Assembly (NCBI GenBank): GCA_964201945.1
Contig: CAXNIC010000001.1
Coordinates: 1-60,980 of the forward strand
Source: Alphaproteobacteria bacterium
Lineage (GTDB): Bacteria > Pseudomonadota > Alphaproteobacteria > SHVZ01
Reading direction: 5' to 3'
DNA: 60,980 nucleotides
Position 1 is the first letter of the stretch; each line of letters begins with the position of its first letter. The position numbers were made by a program, and so were the translations under genes. The notes beneath the pieces are model-generated. The model was given only the letters and a program-made list of their open reading frames with translations, did no database searches and was not told the DNA's origin. This document shows, one piece after another, positions 56,854-60,980 of this stretch.

Positions 56854-57789
56854 TTAGTCGGCGGCGGCGAGACGCGCCCGCCGGGCCGCGCGCAGCCGCT
56901 CGAAATCCTCGCCCGCGTGATGCGAGGACCGCGTCAGCGGCGAGGCCGAGACCAAAAGGAAGCCCTTCCCCATCGCCATCGTCTTGTAGGCGTCGAACTC
57001 CGCCGGCGTGACGAAGGACATCACCGCATGGTGCTTCGGGGTCGGTTGCAGGTACTGGCCGATGGTGAGGAAGTCGACATCGGCGGCCCGAAGGTCGTCC
57101 ATCACCTGATGGATCTCTTCCTTCTGCTCGCCCAGGCCGACCATGAGGCCGGACTTGGTGAACATCTGCGGGTTCAGCTCCTTCACCCGGTCGAGCAGGC
57201 GAAGCGAGGCGAAGTAGCGCGCGCCGGGGCGAACCTCGGGATAGAGGCGCGGCACGGTCTCGAGATTGTGGTTGAAGACGTCGGGGCCGGCCTCGACCAC
57301 CGTCTCGATGGCGCCGTCCTTGCGGAGGAAGTCCGGCGTCAGCACCTCGATGGTCGTGGTTGGCGCCTGAAGGCGGATGGCGCGGATGACGCGAGCGAAG
57401 TGGCCGGCACCGCCGTCGTCCAGGTCGTCGCGGTCGACCGAGGTGATGACGACATGGGCGAGGCCCAGCTTGCCCACCGCCTCGGCCACGTGCTCGGGCT
57501 CATGCGGGTCGAGCTTGTCCGGGCGGCCGGTGGCGACGTTGCAGAAGCTGCAGGCCCGCGTGCAGACCGAACCTAGGATCATCACCGTCGCGTGCTTCTT
57601 CGCCCAGCACTCGCCGATGTTCGGGCAGGCGGCCTCTTCGCAGACGGTGTTGAGGTTGAGCCGCCGCATCAACTCGCGGGTCTCGTGGTATTCGCGGCTG
57701 ACCGGCGCCCGGACACGGATCCAGTCGGGCTTCCGCTGCACCGGGTTGTCGGGCCGGTGCGCCTTCTCAGGATGGCGGAGCGTGGTCAT
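56854..57789 (-). CDS. lipA: Lipoyl synthase
   Basis: Radical-SAM [10 protein letters not shown], auxiliary-cluster [13 protein letters not shown]-terminal RSSH. Confidence 0.95.
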   Translation of the reverse strand: MTTLRHPEKAHRPDNPVQRKPDWIRVRAPVSREYHETRELMRRLNLNTVCEEAACPNIGECWAKKHATVMILGSVCTRACSFCNVATGRPDKLDPHEPEHVAEAVGKLGLAHVVITSVDRDDLDDGGAGHFARVIRAIRLQAPTTTIEVLTPDFLRKDGAIETVVEAGPDVFNHNLETVPRLYPEVRPGARYFASLRLLDRVKELNPQMFTKSGLMVGLGEQKEEIHQVMDDLRAADVDFLTIGQYLQPTPKHHAVMSFVTPAEFDAYKTMAMGKGFLLVSASPLTRSSHHAGEDFERLRAARRARLAAAD

Positions 57790-57792
57790 CGG

Positions 57793-59202
57793 TTAGATGT
57801 GGAGGACCTGCCCGTAGGCGTCAAGCACGGCCTCGTGCATTGCCTCCGAGAGGGTGGGATGCGGGAAGATGCTTCCCATCAATTCCTTCTCGGTGGTCTC
57901 CATGGTCTTGGCGATGGTGTAGCCCTGGATCAGCTCGGTCACCTCGGCACCGATCATGTGGGCGCCGAGCAACTCGCCGGTCTTGGCGTCGAACACCGTC
58001 TTGATCAGGCCCTGGGTCTCGCCGAGCGCGATCGCCTTGCCGTTGCCGACATAGGGGAAGCGCCCGACCCGGACCTGATGGCCAGCCGCCTTGGCCTTGG
58101 CCTCGGTCAGGCCGACCGAGGCGACCTGCGGCGTGCAGTAGGTGCAGCCCGGGATGTTGGAGGTGTCCATCTCATGCGGATGCAGGCCGGCGATGGCCTC
58201 GACGCAGATGACGCCCTCGTGCATCGCCTTGTGCGCGAGCCAGGGGGCGCCGACCAGGTCGCCGATGGCATAGACGCCGGGTTCGCCGGTCTTGAGGTAG
58301 CCGTCGGCGATCACATGGGTCTTCTCGACCTTCACCTTGGTGCCTTCGAGGCCGAGGTTCTCGACATTGCCGACGATGCCGACGGCGAGGATGACGCGCT
58401 CGACGGTGATCTCGCTCGACTTGCCGCCGGCCTCGACCGTCGCCGTCACGCTGTTCGCGCCCTTCTTCAGCGCCTTCACCGTGGCGCCGGTCAGGATCTT
58501 CATCCCCTGTTTCTCGAAGGCCTTGCGGGCGAAGGCGGAGATCTCCTCGTCCTCGACCGGCAGCACGCGGTCCATGACCTCGACCACCGTCACTTCGGCG
58601 CCGAGCGTGCGGTAGAACGAGGCGAACTCGATGCCGATCGCCCCCGACCCGACGACCAGCAGGGACTTCGGCATGGTCTCGGGGACCATCGCCTCCTTGT
58701 AGGTCCATACCAGCTTGCCGTCGGGCTCGAGCCCCGGCAGCGAGCGCGCCCGCGCGCCCGTCGCCAGGATCACGTGCTTGGCGGTGATGTCGGCGACCGG
58801 CTTCCCGTCCTTGGTCACCTTGACCTTGCGCGCGCCGGCGGCGACGCCGTCGAGCGCGCCATGGCCGTCGAACACGGTGATCTTGTGCTTCTTCATCAGC
58901 CCTTTGACGCCGGCCGAGAGCTGCCCCGCCACCTGGCGCGAGCGCTTGACGATCTTGGCGATGTCGAAGCTCGGGTTCTGCACCGAGAAGCCGAACTGCT
59001 CGGCATGGTTCAGGAGGTGCCAGATCTCCGACGAGCGCAGCAGCGCCTTGGTCGGGATGCAGCCCCAGTTGAGGCAGATGCCGCCGAGATGCTCGCGCTC
59101 CACCACCGCTGTCTTCAGCTTCAGCTGGGCGGCACGAATGGCGGCGACATACCCGCCCGGTCCACCGCCGACGACGACGACGTCAAAGCTGGTGTCGGTC
59201 AT
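57793..59202 (-). CDS. lpdA: Dihydrolipoyl dehydrogenase (E3)
   Basis: GGGPGGY FAD site, redox-active GGICLNWGCIPTK, C-terminal HPTLSE. Confidence 0.95.
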   Translation of the reverse strand: MTDTSFDVVVVGGGPGGYVAAIRAAQLKLKTAVVEREHLGGICLNWGCIPTKALLRSSEIWHLLNHAEQFGFSVQNPSFDIAKIVKRSRQVAGQLSAGVKGLMKKHKITVFDGHGALDGVAAGARKVKVTKDGKPVADITAKHVILATGARARSLPGLEPDGKLVWTYKEAMVPETMPKSLLVVGSGAIGIEFASFYRTLGAEVTVVEVMDRVLPVEDEEISAFARKAFEKQGMKILTGATVKALKKGANSVTATVEAGGKSSEITVERVILAVGIVGNVENLGLEGTKVKVEKTHVIADGYLKTGEPGVYAIGDLVGAPWLAHKAMHEGVICVEAIAGLHPHEMDTSNIPGCTYCTPQVASVGLTEAKAKAAGHQVRVGRFPYVGNGKAIALGETQGLIKTVFDAKTGELLGAHMIGAEVTELIQGYTIAKTMETTEKELMGSIFPHPTLSEAMHEAVLDAYGQVLHI

Positions 59203-59207
59203 GACCC

Positions 59208-59534
59208 TTATTCTCCTTTGCCCGCTTCTTGTCGGATCATCTCAACGACACCCGGCAGGTTGGTCAGCACATCATTGTTCCAGAAGCGGATCACGCGTAC
59301 GCCGTGATCGGCAAGCCACGCGGTACGAACGGCATCCTTATCAGCAGTGTGCTGACCGCCATCAAGCTCCACAGCAAGTCGTCGCTCCTCACACAGAAAG
59401 TCGAGGACATACGGACCGATCGGATGCTGTCGCCTGAACTTGAGCCCATCAACCTGTCGATCCCTCAAAGTTCTCCACAGTTTGCGCTCGGCATCCGTCA
59501 TCGTAACGCGGAGGCGCCGAGCCCGAGGGGCCAC
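59208..59534 (-). CDS. DUF559 (Vsr-like endonuclease fold) protein
   Basis: ARRLRVTMTDAERKLWRTLR..FRRQHPIGPYVLDF..VELDGGQH..VIRFWNNDV. GTG start. The 3' end encodes the lpdA Shine-Dalgarno (AAGGAGAA). Confidence 0.8.
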   Translation of the reverse strand: MAPRARRLRVTMTDAERKLWRTLRDRQVDGLKFRRQHPIGPYVLDFLCEERRLAVELDGGQHTADKDAVRTAWLADHGVRVIRFWNNDVLTNLPGVVEMIRQEAGKGE

Positions 59535-59664
59535 CGCTTCCCCTCACCCGCTCGCTATGCTCGCACCCTCTCCCCCAAGGAGAGGGTTAGTGCGAGAGCG
59601 CGTCGTAGACCCTCTCCTTGGGGGAGAGGGTGGCGAGCGGAGCGAGCCGGGTGAGGGGAAGCGG
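59534..59664. repeat. 131-bp compound palindromic element (two inverted ~55-bp units), same family as 10616-10760
   Basis: Outer perfect 17-bp arms CCGCTTCCCCTCACCCG (59534-59550) and CGGGTGAGGGGAAGCGG (59648-59664). Inner hairpins CCCTCTCCCCCAAGGAGAGGG and CCCTCTCCTTGGGGGAGAGGG. Shares CCCCTCACCCGCTCG..CTCGCACCCTCTCCC with the 10.7-kb copy. Confidence 0.75.
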
Positions 59665-59696
59665 TCATCCAGCACACTCCCTCGCCCGGCACAGAC

Positions 59697-60980
59697 TCAC
59701 AGCATCATGGACATGGGGTCTTCGACCAGCTTCTTGAAGGCGGCGAGGTATTCGGCGCCGACGGCGCCGTCGACGACGCGGTGGTCGACCGAGAGGGTCA
59801 CCGTCATCACCGTGGCGATGGCGAGCGCGCCGTCCTTCACCACCGGCCGCGGCTCGCCGGCACCGACCGCCAGGATCGCGCCCTGCGGCGGGTTGATCAC
59901 GGCGGCGAACTCGCGGATGCCGAACATGCCGAGGTTCGAGATCGAGAAGGTGCCGCCCTGGAACTCTTCCGGCTTCAGCTTGCCGGCGCGGGCGCGGGTC
60001 GCCAGGTCCTTCATCTCGGACGAGATCTGCGCCAGGCCCTTGATGTCGGCGTTCTTCACGATCGGTGTGATCAGGCCATCGGGTATCGCAACGGCGACCG
60101 AGATGTCGACCGTCTTGTAGCGGCGGATCGCGGCCTCGGTGTACGACGCGTTCGCCGCCGGCACCTTGCGAAGCGCGATCGCGGCGGCCTTGATCACCAG
60201 GTCGTTGACCGACAGCTTCACGCCATCCTTCTCGGCCCGGGCGTTGAGATCGGCGCGCAGCTTCAGCAGCGCATCGATCTGGCAATCCAGTGACAGGTAG
60301 AAATGCGGCGCCTGCTGCTTCGACTCCGTGAGCCGGCGCGCCACCACTTTTCGCACATTGTTGTTCGGCAGCTCGTCATAGGCGGGCATGCCGGGCATCT
60401 CGACATGAGCGGCCGGAGCCGGCCTCGGTGTCGAAGCGGGAGCCGCTGCCGGTTTCGGCGAGCCGCCGGAAACCGCCGCCTCGATGTCCGCCTTCACGAT
60501 CCGCCCGCCAGGGCCGGAACCCTTCAGCGAACCCAGATTCACCCCCGCCTGCTCGGCCATGCGCCTGGCCAGCGGCGAGACGAAGATGCGGGAGTCGGGC
60601 GCGACCGAGGTCGGCGACGCCGCCATCGGCTTCGGGGCCGGAGCAGTGGGCGCAGGTGCAGCCGCCTGTAGAGCCGGAGCGGCCGGCTTCGGCGGAGGCG
60701 CCGCCGCGGGCTTCGGTGCCGGCGCGGCCGTGCCTGCGCTTTCGCCCTCGCCCAGCAGCACGGCGATGACGTCGTTGACCTTCACGCCCTGGGTGCCTTC
60801 CGGCACCTTGATCTCGCCGAGCGTGCCCTCATCGACGGCCTCGACCTCCATGGTCGCCTTGTCGGTCTCGATCTCGGCGATGACGTCGCCGGCGGAGACC
60901 TTGTCGCCGGGCTTCTTGTGCCACTTGGCGAGATTGCCCTCGGTCATGGTCGGCGACAGGGCCGGCATCAGGATGTTGAT
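59697..60980 (-). CDS. pdhC: Pyruvate dehydrogenase complex dihydrolipoamide acetyltransferase (E2); the first codons lie outside the window
   Basis: Frame open to the window edge (..INILMPALSPTMTEG..). Lipoyl ETDKATME, Ala/Pro linkers, subunit-binding domain, catalytic DHRVVDGA. Confidence 0.95.
   Translation of the reverse strand: MNILMPALSPTMTEGNLAKWHKKPGDKVSAGDVIAEIETDKATMEVEAVDEGTLGEIKVPEGTQGVKVNDVIAVLLGEGESAGTAAPAPKPAAAPPPKPAAPALQAAAPAPTAPAPKPMAASPTSVAPDSRIFVSPLARRMAEQAGVNLGSLKGSGPGGRIVKADIEAAVSGGSPKPAAAPASTPRPAPAAHVEMPGMPAYDELPNNNVRKVVARRLTESKQQAPHFYLSLDCQIDALLKLRADLNARAEKDGVKLSVNDLVIKAAAIALRKVPAANASYTEAAIRRYKTVDISVAVAIPDGLITPIVKNADIKGLAQISSEMKDLATRARAGKLKPEEFQGGTFSISNLGMFGIREFAAVINPPQGAILAVGAGEPRPVVKDGALAIATVMTVTLSVDHRVVDGAVGAEYLAAFKKLVEDPMSMML

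Noticed and set aside
60400-60760. Low-complexity GC-rich stretch on the minus strand
   Set aside because: It encodes the Ala/Pro-rich inter-domain linkers normal for PDH E2.

Overview
This is a GC-rich chromosomal segment (roughly two-thirds G+C by eye, not computed) whose gene content looks alphaproteobacterial (Hyphomicrobiales/Rhizobiales-like). I call 56 protein-coding genes, plus one low-confidence 37-codon upstream ORF. I recognised no rRNA, tRNA, CRISPR array, transposase or integrase. 54.3-61.0 kb is a housekeeping block: ispDF-pgpA-cinA on the plus strand, then on the minus strand PDH E2 (5' partial)-DUF559-lpdA-lipA-RatA/COQ10-like. 0-18 kb is transport and catabolism. It holds a sugar-ABC permease tail, an SMP-30 lactonase and a class II aldolase. 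An MFS-NPP-GDPD operon converges on a Dpp/Opp-type ABC operon that carries its own GDPD. A second, orphan family-5 binding protein is coupled to a CitE-like lyase, followed by aminotransferase, IclR and PuuD-like genes. 18-28 kb holds Dps, a haloperoxidase-like hydrolase, a carotenoid-cleavage-type oxygenase downstream of a 930-aa wHTH-NTPase-TPR regulator, GlxA, a methyltransferase, OYE and a DMT permease. 28.5-36.6 kb is the best candidate for an undescribed system: an island packing five unrelated C-N hydrolase families around a protein resembling the N,N-dimethylformamidase large subunit. 37.8-42.7 kb holds a PAL-like NHL propeller, a sharply AT-rich spacer, a two-EF-hand protein, an EnvZ/OmpR-type pair and a 2OG oxygenase. 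This block sits between a saccharopine/lysine-dehydrogenase-family gene and an ALDH7-type dehydrogenase. 44.4-54.3 kb is a signalling island with three PAS kinases, two response regulators and one GGDEF-EAL-like protein that looks degenerate in both domains. A palindromic G/C-rich repeat family occurs at least three times. Many long ORFs in the track are antisense or off-frame GC artefacts. All functional calls rest on motif recognition by eye; no database search was run.
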